Part shown: positions 25,462 through 38,665 of the stretch, in pieces | Layout of the letters: every line of letters begins with the position of its first letter | Position numbering within the stretch: the stretch's first letter is position 1 | NCBI RefSeq assembly: GCF_001194135.2 | Contig: NC_068984.1 | Span: forward strand, 55,339,972-55,403,971 | Length of the DNA: 64,000 nt | Reading direction: 5' to 3' | Source of the DNA: Octopus bimaculoides | Lineage: Eukaryota | Translations under genes and position numbers: made by a program | The notes under the pieces: generated by a model | Told to the model about the DNA's origin: nothing | The model's input: the letters and a program-made list of their open reading frames with translations, nothing else | Database searches by the model: none

Positions 25462-25532
25462 TATGTGTGTGTGTGTGTGTGTGTATCTATGTATGTATGT
25501 ATGTATGTATGTATGTATGTATGTATGTGTGT
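25462..25532. repeat. (TG)n(TATG)n
   Basis: Direct reading. Confidence 0.95.
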
Positions 25533-26847
25533 ACGTAAATATCCCAACCGTATCCACCGTCCTGTAAATTTTTATGCCGGAGCCAACGAAGGGTATGTAT
25601 ATCTTTTATATGATTAGAAGGCCGACTATAATGGTACAAAAATGTGTTTAACTGCCCTTAAATATTGGATGAGTCGTCAAAGCGTTTCACACGCCTGCCG
25701 TAGCTTTATGCACAATATGGCTTCGTTTCGCAGTAGCAACGTTAATATCCCCTAACAATAGAATAACTTGATCGTTACAAGCCCCTTAACCCTTAGCTCT
25801 GCAACTTCGAATCGCTGCAATGTTACGTTCACTTCGTATAAACAACATAACCAATATAGATAGTTTTATACTCGAGATTATTCTTTAGAAAACAGACATA
25901 TGTCTAAACATTAGCTAATGATAAATAGCGTTTAAATACAACACACAGAATTATCTCAAATAATTATCTACTCTATGGCTTTTATCTTTTGTTTACGATC
26001 TTATCATAATAGATGAATGTGTAATTTACATTTTTTTAAAAATAGACTATGATTATATTAATTGTACACAATAACACACAATATTAAAAAATTGCGTATA
26101 GGAATTTTAAATTCTAAGAAAGCTGTTAATTAAAGAAGTAAAATAATTATTTTGTAAAAGCTTTCAAAATATTGCATTTTATAGAAATTTTATAAGCCTC
26201 CGTTTTTCAAATTTCATCTGCATATATCAAATATAATCATGTGTAACAAGTTGTGGTAATGTATAGCAGCGATAAGCTTAGCAATTGAAAGCTACAATCA
26301 TCTTCTTTTATTGTTACATTCCTTCTGCAGAAGTGTGTTAAGTTGAATATACAAACAAGTGCACAGCTTATTGAAAATCTGATATTTCTCTATGTCACTA
26401 GATCAGTGATACTGACCCGAAAATAACTGCTTAAATCCGTGTTAGAAACCTGACACATAACTGTTTAGCTCTGATGAAATTTGACTGAAATGGCAATGAG
26501 TTGTGACAGAGACCAAAAGAACTACGAAATTTTTGAGAAAAGAATATCAGAAGGAAACAGCTTCTACAATAAGCACAATGCTAAATATATAGAAGTAAAA
26601 AGTATTTCTATATAATGATTTACATAATAGGTATAAAATTGCATAATTTGAGGGGAAATAATATTTGAATATATTAACTGGAAAACTTTTCTGAGACTTC
26701 ATTTTGTTGGCAAATAAACAGTGAAATGCAAATGAAATCTTGGGCGCACTCGAACGCAGCAAACAATAAAGTATATCTAAATATATCTATAAATATATTA
26801 ATACGCTTATAAAAAAAATAATTATACAACTTCCAGAGCGCATTTAT

Positions 26848-27050
26848 ATTGGCTTTAAATTTTGACGGGGGAGATTGTAAGTCGACCCCAGTACTCAACT
26901 GGTAATTATTTTCTCGACCCCACAGAGATAAAAGGCAACGTTGACCTCAGTGGAATTTGAACTCAGAACATATAGACGTACGAAATACCGCTAAGCATTT
27001 TGCCCAGTGTGCTAATAATTCTGCCAGCTCGAGTCCCTCGGAGCGCCCTT
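26848..27050 (-). mobile_element. SINE family A
   Basis: GTCGACCCCAGTACTCAACTGG...GGAATTTGAACTCAGAAC...TTCTGCCAGCTC. Confidence 0.9.
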
Positions 27051-27351
27051 ATATTATAACAAAAATAAATGAATAATTACTTGTATAAGGAAACGGTCTC
27101 TTTCTTGCACACAAGATATATTTATTGGGTGGTGACATATAAGAAATAGTATCAATGTTAACCAGACTGTCTCATCAGAGTGCAAGCACTGTGTGCGCTT
27201 CAGACATTCTTCAGCCTCTGGCAAATGTTTCGGATTCAGTTCCACTTTATCTGTTGGTCGGCAAGTCATATCTACTCGTAGGACCAGTAAACCCTTAGAA
27301 ATGGAATTTGTTACACAGAAAGATGATCTTCATTTGTGCGTTCATATGCAC

Positions 27352-28372
27352 ACATGCATACATACATACATACATACATACTTCTCTATCTTAGCTCTTA
27401 GATCTTCCAGGGGTGTGAGCAAGGGCAACGAGATTTCTCCAGACATCTTGATTGCTCGCTTTTTGTAGCTCCTCTAGGGCCAACTTCCAGCGCTACCATG
27501 TCATCCTAGAACGTACTGGATCACGTGTCCTTTGTTTTCATTGGTCTCCCTCTCGAAGCACATGGCACATGGCCAGTAAACCAAATCCGCCGCTTAGTCA
27601 CCACGTCTTGCAAATTTCCCATGCAAGCTCATCTAATCAGCACTTCGTTTCTCACTCTTTCTCGGTAGCACATGCCCAGGGTCAAGCGTAAGCAGCTGTG
27701 GCGGCACACGTCCAGCAACTCAAAGATTTTGAATGACTTCATCCAGGTTTTAAGGCATCGATGGCAGTTGGTATAACAACAGATGAGTATAGTTGCAGCT
27801 TTATCTTGTTACTCATGGTCTTCGATCTCAAAGAAAACGTTGAAATACTGACATTGATTTTCTATCCTAGTCCTGACATCAGCTTCTACATTATCTTGTC
27901 TGAAATTGATTAGCTGTGCTTGGACGCCACCAACTGTCATTGCTTTGGTCTTCTCAGCGCTTATCCGAAGCCCTGATTCTTCCCCGTAACTGAATAGGCT
28001 ATCTGTCATGGAATGCAGAGTATATGTATCAGAGCTTAGTAACGCCAGGTTGTTTTCAATATCAAAATCCATTAGTCTGTCCATAAATCACGGAATTCCA
28101 AAACTGGTACTATCCATTGTTTTCCGCTTGACGAAGTCAATCACCATCAGGAGCAGAAACGGCTGCAAGATGCAATCCTGTTACAATAGGGAAGCAATTT
28201 CGACATAATGTTGATTCCATTGCTTGTCTTCAGGTAACACTGTATAAGACACTTAAAAATATAAATATATCTGCTCGGGACCCCTTACATTCTCAAGATA
28301 TTTTGTATATTCCAGAATGTCTCGTAGAACATTGTCAAACGCTTTCTTAAAGAAGATGAAATTAATAAGACT
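27352..28372 (-). mobile_element. 5'-truncated RTE-clade LINE with (TATG)n tail
   Basis: Minus-strand motifs LINFIFFKKAFDNVLRD, QDCILQPFLLLMVIDF and RLMDFDIENNLALLSS...GLRISAEKTKAM. The 3' end runs into (GTAT)n at about 27380. Confidence 0.85.
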
Positions 28373-28626
28373 AGATATATGTATGTACGTGTATATGTAT
28401 GTGTGTGTATGTATGTATGTATGTATGTATGTATTATGTATGTATGTATATATGTATGTATGCATGCATGCATGTATGTATGCATGCATGTATGTATGTG
28501 TATGTATGTATGTATGTATTTATGTATGTATATATGTATGTATGCATGTATGTATGTATGTATGCATGCATGTATGTATGAATGTATGTATGTATGTATG
28601 TATGCATGTATGTATGTATGTATGTA
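28373..28626. repeat. Compound (TATG)n/(TGCA) microsatellite
   Basis: Direct reading. Confidence 0.95.
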
Positions 28627-29496
28627 TGGAGACAGATAGAGACTCAGGTAATATAATAAAGGCAAATGTGTAGATATGTTCTAGTTTAAACATCTGCAAG
28701 TTACTTGCATTTTCTTTGCAACATTAGACATACCAAACCTTCCGTACGCATTTACCGTCTTGTCTTCACGATGAAGACATGTTGACTTCGATCGCAGGCG
28801 TAATTTACAGTTTAGATGGTAAATTTTTCCCTTACTGAACCAGATATCATTTGCTTGTCCTTCGTATGTGATATCTGTACGTTTAGAACTATGCAATACC
28901 AAAATAAAAAGAAAGGTAGCACACATTAAACTCAAACAAAGATAAACACTTCACTGATAAAGTAAAAGCCTAATTCTAACAAATTCGAAGTTCAGGGTTA
29001 TTGACATTATCGATGCTTACGATAAAAAACAAACGAGCATCATAGACACATTCCAACAACACATTGTGCCGGAGATGGATTCGGTAAATCTGAGAACGTG
29101 GATGATAGATGTACATGCACTACAGTTCCAAACAAACTACAAAACAAAAATCATAGAACTATTATGAAATTGTGGGAAAGGTATCTCTAAAGTATATTCA
29201 AAGAAACAGCATNNNNNNNNNNNNNNNNNNNNNNNNNNNNNNNNNNNNNNNNNNNNNNNNNNNNNNNNNNNNNNNNNNNNNNNNNNNNNNNNNNNNNNNN
29301 NNNNNNNNNNNNNNNNNNNNNNNNNNNNNNNNNNNNNNNNNNNNNNNNNNNNNNNNNNNNNNNNNNNNNNNNNNNNNNNNNNNNNNNNNNNNNNNNNNNN
29401 NNNNNNNNNNNNNNNNNNNNNNNNNNNNNNNNNNNNNNNNNNNNNNNNNNNNNNNNNNNNNNNNNNNNNNNNNNNNNNNNNNNNNNNNNNNNNNNN

Positions 29497-29545
<49 letters not shown>

Positions 29546-30137
29546 TAGATAGATAAGCTGTTTATATATAAATGTATGCATATGTATACATGCATACGCA
29601 TATATAGATATGTTTATATATGTCCACACAGCGTTGGGAATGGTAAGGGAGTTATATCAAATTTTAGAAGATATTAAAAATGCTTTGCAATAATCTTTGC
29701 CAAAAAGTACCATGAAAAAGTACCATGAAAAGTTGGTGTGGGGATCTAATGCTAGCATAGATTAAAGCATAATGTATTATTCTATATTTACAGGGTACAG
29801 AGAGGGAGAAAATACATTAAAATTAATAAAGAAATTTATTTAATATTTAAAATCAGTGGCTATATAATTCAGTATATCAACATTTCCTCCTTGGCTTTGT
29901 GGCATGCTGGATCCATTCCCTTGCTTCAGTGATTCTGCTAAATTTCGAAATGTAAGCCAAAAACTATGCTGATTTATTATCTCTCTGTTTTCAGATGCAG
30001 AGATCTGATGTTTATCCAGGACGCAGACAACAAATCCAAAAGAATGAAACAGGTTGATATCACAGGTGCTTGAATGCTTGGAATAAATGTCTCTATATTA
30101 AAATAAAGCTAATTCTTATCTTATATCGTTTAAACGA

Positions 30138-30144
30138 TTACACA

Positions 30145-30203
<59 letters not shown>

Positions 30204-30220
30204 GTATGTATATATACACA
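30138..30220. repeat. (TA)n(TATG)n
   Basis: Direct reading. Confidence 0.9.
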
Positions 30221-31657
30221 CAACCTTTCGACAGTAAATATTTATTATAATTCTATTGTTGTTGTTTTGTTTATGAATTATATGGACAGTTTTTTTTGTT
30301 ATCTTTTCGGTACATTCGTTTCTCAATAACTGAAAGTTGATATTATACACTGTTGCAAAGTCTGTGTAATATTCTTTTTGTGTATAGTCTTAAGTGTCGA
30401 AAGAAGAATGATGAAAGGAGGTATTAACAAGCCTTCGTATATAAAACAAAAATAATCGTTGAAGAATTTCTACGAGTAATTATAAGAATGCGATATTTAT
30501 TAGGACTTGTGTGTTTCTTACATGTTATATTACATCTACAGAATCGAAAATATTGCAATGTCGGTGATACAAAGTTTGGACAATTTTACTGAAAATGTGA
30601 TGGATGTGCTACAAAATATTCTGTGAGAATATGATAATTTTTGATATTTTAAGAACGTTTATAACTGAAACTGTTTTGATTTCTTTAAAGCTGTTTATCA
30701 TTAATGGGAATAAATCTCGTAAAGGTGAGATATCAAATATTTTTAAAGGCAGGTGAAAGGACGTATTGAACATCAAGATAAATAATCTAGAAAGTGATTA
30801 CTGGTTAATTCATTTTTGATATGTTTATGTTTTATCAAATGTATTGTCTGAAGTTCTTTATATTTTAATAAGATATGCTTGTTGACAAGGTTGAGAAGAC
30901 AAAATCGTTGTTTTGAACATAAAGAAGAATATTATTGTTATGGAATATAATGATATAAGAGCGCATTATTCGACGGGTCTGATACTCTGAGACCAGCAGC
31001 CAACTAATGAAATATACAGCACACTCAATTTTGCAATTGTTTACATCTGTATAAACAAAACTATTTAGACTATAACATTAGATTTTTGACAGAAGAACGT
31101 GGTTTCAAATATATAATACGTGTATTTATTTTTCCTGTAAAGCCGTGAATGACAAAACAAAGAACGACGGAATTATTTTCGTTTAGAAGTCACTTTCAAG
31201 AGAAGAGATTTATCTGTTAACAGTACATAACTAATATTTACGTTGTCGTTATTTGTGAAATGAAAGCTTCCGTTAACGCATCGGGTTTCAAACAATCCCA
31301 AAATGTGTTTAAACGTTAATACGTTTAGATTTATACAGTAATATCTATCTATCATAGTTAACACAGAGTATGACTGCGCAGATTATTTTCTGGCGTGGAG
31401 TATTATAAAACCGTGTTTGAAACACTTCTATGACTAGATACATTTGATTATTTTTTATTTTATTTCGACTGGAAGAAATCGGCAATGCAACCGATTGTAT
31501 ATGATCTCACGGCACAAGATTGGCCCTGGGGTTCCTGGCATTCCATAGAAAACTGAATTTCGACGTTCTTATTTAATTTTGATATGGTAGGAAAACTTCA
31601 ATTGAAATAGACCAACAACTTTTCAATTCCTTTCATTAATATAACTAGGAGAAATTG

Positions 31658-31658
31658 A

Positions 31659-31702
<44 letters not shown>

Positions 31703-31703
31703 A
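31658..31703 (+). repeat. (GAAA)n
   Basis: Direct reading. Confidence 0.95.
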
Positions 31704-32129
31704 GTGTGATAAAAAAAAAGCATCATATTAATGACTATATTTTCAAAATATTTTCACCGAAAGAAAAATAGATGTATAAAAGAAAGTCGGACGGGTATCC
31801 TTGATCTCCTGAAGATATAACGAATCTCAAGGAATTTTTGCATTTCATTTTTATTTAATTTTATTTATCGTTTTCGCATTTTTTCTTTGTATTTACATGA
31901 TTCGAAAAACAAAATGTATGACCCCTCGAAGGTGGCGGACAGGAATCTTTCCGTGTGGCCGGTATCTTCATTAACCCTTTTAGTGCAAAGATACCACCAC
32001 AAGACTTGCATCTATAATTTCTCGAAAAAAAAAGGTGAAATGTTAAATAAATTGGCTGATCTATAAAAGGTCGATGCCGCGAGAACCCACAGCATGTCAT
32101 TCTAAACAGTTATATATGAAGAAACATTA

Positions 32130-32329
32130 GTTTCACATTTTGACACAAGACCAGCGATTTGGGGGAGGGGATAAATCGATTACATTGACTGTAAGCATGG
32201 ATCTGGTACTTATTTTATCGACTCGAAGGGACGAAATGCAAAGTCAACCTCGGTGAAATTTGAAATTCAGATCAAATGCAGCTAAGCAATTTGGTCGGCG
32301 TACTAACGATTTTGCCAGCTCACCGCCTT
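32130..32329 (-). mobile_element. SINE family A (small internal deletion)
   Basis: CTGGTACTTATTTTATCGACTCG...TTTGCCAGCTCACCGCCTT. Confidence 0.9.
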
Positions 32330-33473
32330 TATATATGAAAATATATTGTAAAATAATACCGATAAACGTATGTAAACATATAAACCTTACATATCTTTAT
32401 TTAATAATATAGTATTTCTTAAAGCAAAATAAACCAAGTTATATATTTCTTGTTAAACTAACTTCGTTTAGTCAGCAGTGGTCTTATATTTCGATCTCAA
32501 AATAAAGATTTTCTGTGGTTTTATCTAACAGATTATAAGAATTCTGTTGATTAATTTCACATACATCATCAATGCCCATAAGAAAGACGCATTATCCTCA
32601 TGTAATTTCATTTCTCATATACTGATTTTTTTTTTTATCAATAGCATACTTTCAAGATACCAAGAGTTAATATTATCCCGACGTAAACTTAGATGTTCTA
32701 TTAGAACAAACTATACTGCGCTAGTTATCATGAGAGAACCTTTCATATTGGTTTTTGGTGCAAAGTTCACTCTTGTTTATAGCACTAGCGGGAAGATAAA
32801 TCAGTGCCACCTCCAACATCGAAACCACCAGATAATACGATTTTGACCTTCCTTGGTCTTGTCAATGATGGACGCTCGATCGCTAGAAATAGCAGCGATT
32901 CATTTTACTGAATTACATTAATAGCGATTCTTTATACTGTATAACATTAGCAGTGGTTTTATTGTAGTGTATAAGATGCTTAGATCTGCCGCTTTAATAC
33001 ATTGGCTACACTGTCACAACTTAACACAAAACATTTATCTTGTTTTCCAATTAAAATAACTACCTTCGACAAATCAACATCTCTTCGTAATCTATAAAGA
33101 AGAGTCTTAACACGAAACTATAATTACAATAATCAACATCAACCCCCGTCGGTCCGGAGTAGGCACGTTATTTTCTTATAGCTCAGGTTTTTCTTACAAA
33201 AACAGCAGTTCTTAATGTTATCAATTTAGGAAAACAGTAATTATTTATTACATTGTTATTTTCTACATTAAAAGATTAATGTATTGCAAAACATCCCATT
33301 ATATTCAGCTGTTATCAATTTCTGGCTGTTTTCATAAATATTTTCGAAACAAAATAACGTACAAAGACTAAGCAGTTTTCTAGCATAAACCCTTTTCATT
33401 TTTCGTTTGAAGTTTCTTACATATTTAACATATGTGTGCCTCAGTGAACATTAAAGTTAAGCTCTAATCAACA

Positions 33474-33476
<3 letters not shown>

Positions 33477-33562
<86 letters not shown>
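33477..33562. repeat. (GT)n, about 42 units
   Basis: Direct reading. Confidence 0.95.
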
Positions 33563-33564
<2 letters not shown>

Positions 33565-34154
33565 AATGAAATATACATAAGCTGAGTTACGGAGTTAACT
33601 TTATGAGACAAAGTAATCCGATTTTTTTACAGCATTTTGTTGAATTGTAATTATTTACCTTTATATTAAGCATTGCTGGAAATAACGATACTAAAATATT
33701 AACTGCATGGTTTTATTGCTCAAATGTGTGTTGAGCGTTATACATTTTCGTGAATTTATTGCATGTAACTAGTCATAACGTTATATTCGGGAACTACAAA
33801 ATGCATTATCACTGCATTCACTTAAATCATGTATAGATGTCTTTCTCTAAGATCACTCGCTCATATCATAATCTAAATACATTAGCTGAGATCAACGGTG
33901 ATTATGCTGCATCTCATAGTTGTCAGACTTGGTTAACGAACTACAGTCATAAAATTTTAATTAGTTTTTTCCATTCAGAAGTGCATACATTTATTATGCC
34001 CTTCTTCAAAATAGTAAATTTAGATCACTTGTAACGGAGTTATGCGACACGCTGTGATACCGCTTGCAAATACACTTCATTAGAAATCTATTTACGAAGG
34101 ATATAGCATGTCCCATAGGAGGTTTTATCAATGCTACTAAGATAAGTAAAATCA

Positions 34155-34367
34155 GTTTAAAATTTTGGCTCAAGGCCAGCAAGTACGGGGAAGTGGTGTA
34201 GTCGATTACATCGACCCCAGTGCTCAGCTGGTATTTATTTTACTGACCTCAAAGTATGAAATGCAATGTTGCCATCGGTGGAATTTGAGCTCAGAACATA
34301 AAGATGGGCGATATGCCAGCAAGCATTTTTGCTCAGCTTGCTAATGATCCTGCCAGCTCATCGACTT
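34155..34367 (-). mobile_element. SINE family A
   Basis: Full-length match to the family. Confidence 0.9.
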
Positions 34368-34382
34368 ACAGTTAACTAATAT

Positions 34383-34506
34383 TGGTTCCAAATTTTCGTA
34401 CTTATTTTATCGACCACAAAAATATGAAAGGCAAAGTCGACCCCGGCGGAATTTCAAATCAGCACATTTCACCCGTCGTGATAACGGTCCTACAATTCGC
34501 CGCCTT
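34383..34506 (-). mobile_element. SINE family A, internally deleted
   Basis: GTACTTATTTTATCGACC...GGCAAAGTCGACCCCGGCGGAATTT...CGCCGCCTT. Confidence 0.85.
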
Positions 34507-34540
34507 ACTGTTAAGTAACATAAAAATTTCTGTTAACTCA

Positions 34541-34750
34541 GCGAGCCAGGAGAATCGTTAGCACGTCGGACAATATGCCGTTAACGCCATTTCGCCCGTC
34601 TTTACGTTCTGAGTTCAAATTCCGCTGAGGTCGACTTTGCCTTACGTCGTTTCGGAGTTGATAAAATAATTACTTTTTATTTACTGGGGTGTATGTAATT
34701 GACGTAATCCTCCCCTGATATTGCTGGTCTTGCACAAACGCTTGAAGCCA
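34541..34750 (+). mobile_element. SINE family A
   Basis: GAGAATCGTTAGCACG...GTTCTGAGTTCAAATTCCGCTGAGGTCGACTTTGCC. Confidence 0.9.
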
Positions 34751-35100
34751 ATATTAAAACATATTTAGACAATACCATTGATTACTATATAACCCAGGGA
34801 CAGGCAAAAAGCTTATGGATCTGAAACTGTAAAGGGAGATAACTGAATGCTACAACGTTTTATCCAACGTTCAACCGATTCTCTCATTTCTCTGTATTAG
34901 GTTAACAGGTTAGAGATAACTCATGGCAAAGCGTTAATCTAACGCAATTTCATTTAACTTCAGATAGCATTTCATTTCTTTTGCAATGCTAATAGCTTTG
35001 ACGAAAGTACAGGTATATATCAATTCGTCCCTAGTGTACACCTATGGTCCCTTATGTATGTAAAAGTTAAACTTACTAGAAATAAAGAGTACGTGTAAAT

Positions 35101-35314
35101 AAGGAGGTGAACTGGCAGAATCGTTACTGCGCCAGGCATTCGTGTTTAGCTGCATCTTGGCCGTCTCTACGTCCTGAGTTCAAAATCCACCAAAGTCGTC
35201 TTTGCCTTTCATCATATTTAGGTCGATAAAATAGGTACCACAGCGGTCAATGTAAATGACATAAGTTCCCCACCGAGCTTGCTGGCCGCGTGCCAACATT
35301 TAAAGCTATTATTA
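35101..35314 (+). mobile_element. SINE family A with short ATT tail
   Basis: AAGGAGGTGAACTGGCAGAATCGTT...GAGTTCAAAATCC...GCTATTATT. Confidence 0.9.
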
Positions 35315-36069
35315 TGGTAAATATACTTCAAGGTTTAAAAATTAAATCAAAAACTAAAATAACTGAAAAGAAGAATCGTTTGCTGACCATATTTTTAATA
35401 TGCTGCTGTATAGAATAGCTAAATCGACATTTGTGGAAGATCATCTTAGATAGAGCTGTAATTGATTTCGCAAACGTAATTGGTTCAAGATCGTTCGGAA
35501 TATATTGACGTCTCTTAAACAGATTTCATCTATAATACATGCAATACACTTACATTTGGTTGTATCAGTCGTAGCTGTTTAAATCTTTCAATATTCATTC
35601 CAACTACACGAAACTACACAAAGAGCAAACAATCGTCGTCTTTTAAACTGTATTACTAATGTTCATTCCAGAAAATTCGCTTACAACTTCTCTACACGCT
35701 TGGTCAAAGTCTATTATTCTGATGTGGTGAATTACAATATACATTTGAATCGGCTTCTACTGTTAATCTGATAAATTTGGACTGATTTTATGAAACCATA
35801 GAAAAGAGAACGGCTTATACCCTCCAGAGACCTGCTTCATCTAAAAGGCGAATGACGTAGATTGTTCAATGATAATCAGTATGCCTGATTATTTTCCTAC
35901 ATATTTCCTGTTGCTATTCCGTTTTGTTTCCAACTCAACAAATAAATAAGATAAGATAGCTTTTTGAACGTAAGATCTAATTACACAATTTATTTACATT
36001 TCAGCCTAATATGGTATTTCATTATGTAATCTATAGTATAATACTTACATGTATATTTGTTTATGTGTG

Positions 36070-36071
<2 letters not shown>

Positions 36072-36109
<38 letters not shown>

Positions 36110-36240
36110 AGAAGTGTGTGTGTGAGAGAGAGAGAAGGTATGTATCTGAGAGAGAGTGTGTGTATGCAAGAGTGTGTGTGTGTGTGTGTCTGTCTCTCTG
36201 TCTATATGTGTGTGTGAGGGAGAGAGATGGAGAGAAAGAG
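36072..36240. repeat. Compound (GA)n/(TG)n
   Basis: Direct reading. Confidence 0.9.
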
Positions 36241-36424
36241 AGTCTTAGTAATGAGAAAAAACATTCTAAATAGAATATATTCAATATATCAATTTCTTAA
36301 TTCAAGGCTTTAGCTTTTAACACTCAACACAACTTTTATTTATTGAATAACTAAAATGAGTAAAAATTCTTGTCGAGAATCGGTGATGATTATTTAGAAA
36401 AAATGAATATTCACATATATTATA

Positions 36425-36635
36425 CAGGGTGTCCACAAAGTCTGAGTACATGTAATATATACAATCATAACATAAACAATTAAATATAAGCAATAATAAT
36501 TTCTTAAAGTATGTGTTAATCCTCGTGTGGGTACATGGAGTAAATAAAATCATAACGTAAACAATTAAAATAAGAAATAATAATTTCTTAAAGTATATGT
36601 TAATCTCCATGTACCCAGACTTTGTGGACACCCTA
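36425..36635. mobile_element. Tc1/mariner-type MITE, 211 bp, TA target-site duplication
   Basis: 28-bp TIRs CAGGGTGTCCACAAAGTCTGAGTACATG / CATGTACCCAGACTTTGTGGACACCCTA (2 mismatches), with TA on both sides. Confidence 0.9.
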
Positions 36636-37000
36636 TAGATTAACGATTGGTTTAAATGCTAGATTTCTGGACTAAATACTTTAGAGAATAAACAGTTTAC
36701 TTTAAATCCCTCTAGAGTCTATAACGTAATTACTTCTACTGGCGAAGGAATACTTGATTCAGTTTATACTAGCCGCTCCAAATAAGACGTTAGACATTTT
36801 ATTAGCAATTCCAAATCGTTCCAATTTGTTTTCACTATTAATGTTTTAAGGAAAATATTTCAGTTTGGACTCAATGTAAACTGAAGCGGTAATTCTGTAT
36901 GACATCAAATATCAACTTGGAACAGTGTTCATTTAGAAAAGCACCCATAATAAATTTCGATTTGCATCAATTAGCATAAAATGAATGACGAACATCATTT

Positions 37001-37215
37001 GGTTCCAAATTTTCACAAAAAAAAACAGGAAGTTCGGGGAAGGCAACAAGTCCATTTCATCGACAACGCTGCGCAGCTGGTACTTATTTTATCGAACCCG
37101 AAAGGATGGAAGTCAAAGTCGTCCAGGAAGGAATTTGACCTAAGAGCGTAAAACAGACGAAATGCCGCTAAGCATTATCCCCGGTCTACTAACAATTCTT
37201 CCAGCTCACCGCCTT
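37001..37215 (-). mobile_element. SINE family A
   Basis: Full-length match ending CCAGCTCACCGCCTT. Confidence 0.9.
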
Positions 37216-38665
37216 TGACAAACATCATAAGAAACATAATTAAGAAACAATAAAAAGTTGCGCGTACATTTAAAAGAAGTCACTTATAGTGAGAGTTTCA
37301 AATGAAGGTTGTTAGGGCATTTAGAATTTGAAAAAAAAACCCAAAGCAAGAAATCCGAGTGTCAAGATTTTAAATCCATAACCGTAAGTTGCACAAACAC
37401 AAAATATATTTTGCATCAACGAGAAGGACCGAAGAAAATAGTATGTTTGCTGGCCATGAATATAGGTAGAATATATACATATATANNNNNNNNNNNNNNN
37501 NNNNNNNNNNNNNNNNNNNNNNNNNNNNNNNNNNNNNGAGAGAGAGAGAGAGAGAGAGAGAGGTAAAGAATAGACAAGTGTTTCTCGACCATTTTCTGCC
37601 TATAAACCACTTTGATTCCTATTTTACTCGGATGACCCTCTTAGAATATATATTTTTATCGTTAAATATTAGGAATTGTATAAGAAACGTTGTTAAAAGA
37701 TTTTGGCTATTGTAAAAGCATAAGCAATTTATTGCAGATAAATCTTAACAGTAACATATCATACGGATTTTAAGGGCTATATTGACCCTGGTTGAGAATC
37801 ATTGGAATAGACGGAGGAACAAATGTCAAAGTGTTGGGTGGAAGAGGTAAGGCATGAAAGATGGAGCAGCAGAAAACATATATCGAAAACATATATAGAT
37901 GCCAAGGTAGATAGAGATGTATGCAAAAATCTTTGAGCATAGCTAGTGTAAAGGTTAGCGGAGTTTTCAACAATGGTAGTGGGAGGAGATTTTGGTGTTG
38001 GGGAAAGAGGTGAGAGGTGATGCGCCATAACTAGTGTAGGGATGAAAGTGGAGGTTGATGGTAGTAAGATAAATATTGTGTGGGAAATGGATGGGGAGAT
38101 GGATACGAACAAAGAAATTCAGGCAGAGAAAACGCCTTGATAAGCATGTAAATAGAACAGGGCACACTCATGCAAAAGTACCCACGATCAGACGTATACA
38201 TAGATGAATAAATGCGAGGAGCACAAAGAATAGAAGCAATGAAGAAACAGAAACAAGTGGAATAGACGCAACGTCTATGCGCAGATATTTACAAAGAAAG
38301 AAAAACACCTACGTGCGCGCATATATATATATTGTTATATATATATATATATGATGTAATCCTGAAAAGGAGATGCTCATGTTAGTACAGCAACGTTTTA
38401 CTATAAAAAAGAACCCGTGTTTCAACAAATGCTTTTCGAAAGATATATCATCCAAGGAGAAATCAACGTTTTAATAAAAGATGCGACTGCTAAAACGCTT
38501 TGTTCATAATCATATCAACTAATAAGGCACTCTCAAATTTTATTGACACTAAATACAGTGACATTTGTAAAGTAAACCCACATGTTTATTTTTACAAAAA
38601 TGCCGTTTTTATAGTAAATATTGCTTATTGGACAAATATTGAATGATTATATAATTGTGGCTTCT

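Noticed and set aside
26300-26640. Strong acceptor at about 26330 and a 41-aa ORF
   Set aside because: Early stops, no donor and no recognisable protein.
32051-32102. ATTGG, TATAAAAG and TCATTC as a core promoter
   Set aside because: TATA-Inr spacing (about 37 nt) is off, and such motifs are common in AT-rich DNA.
34541-34640. SINE heads as tRNA genes
   Set aside because: A/B boxes are present, but there is no cloverleaf and they continue into the SINE body.
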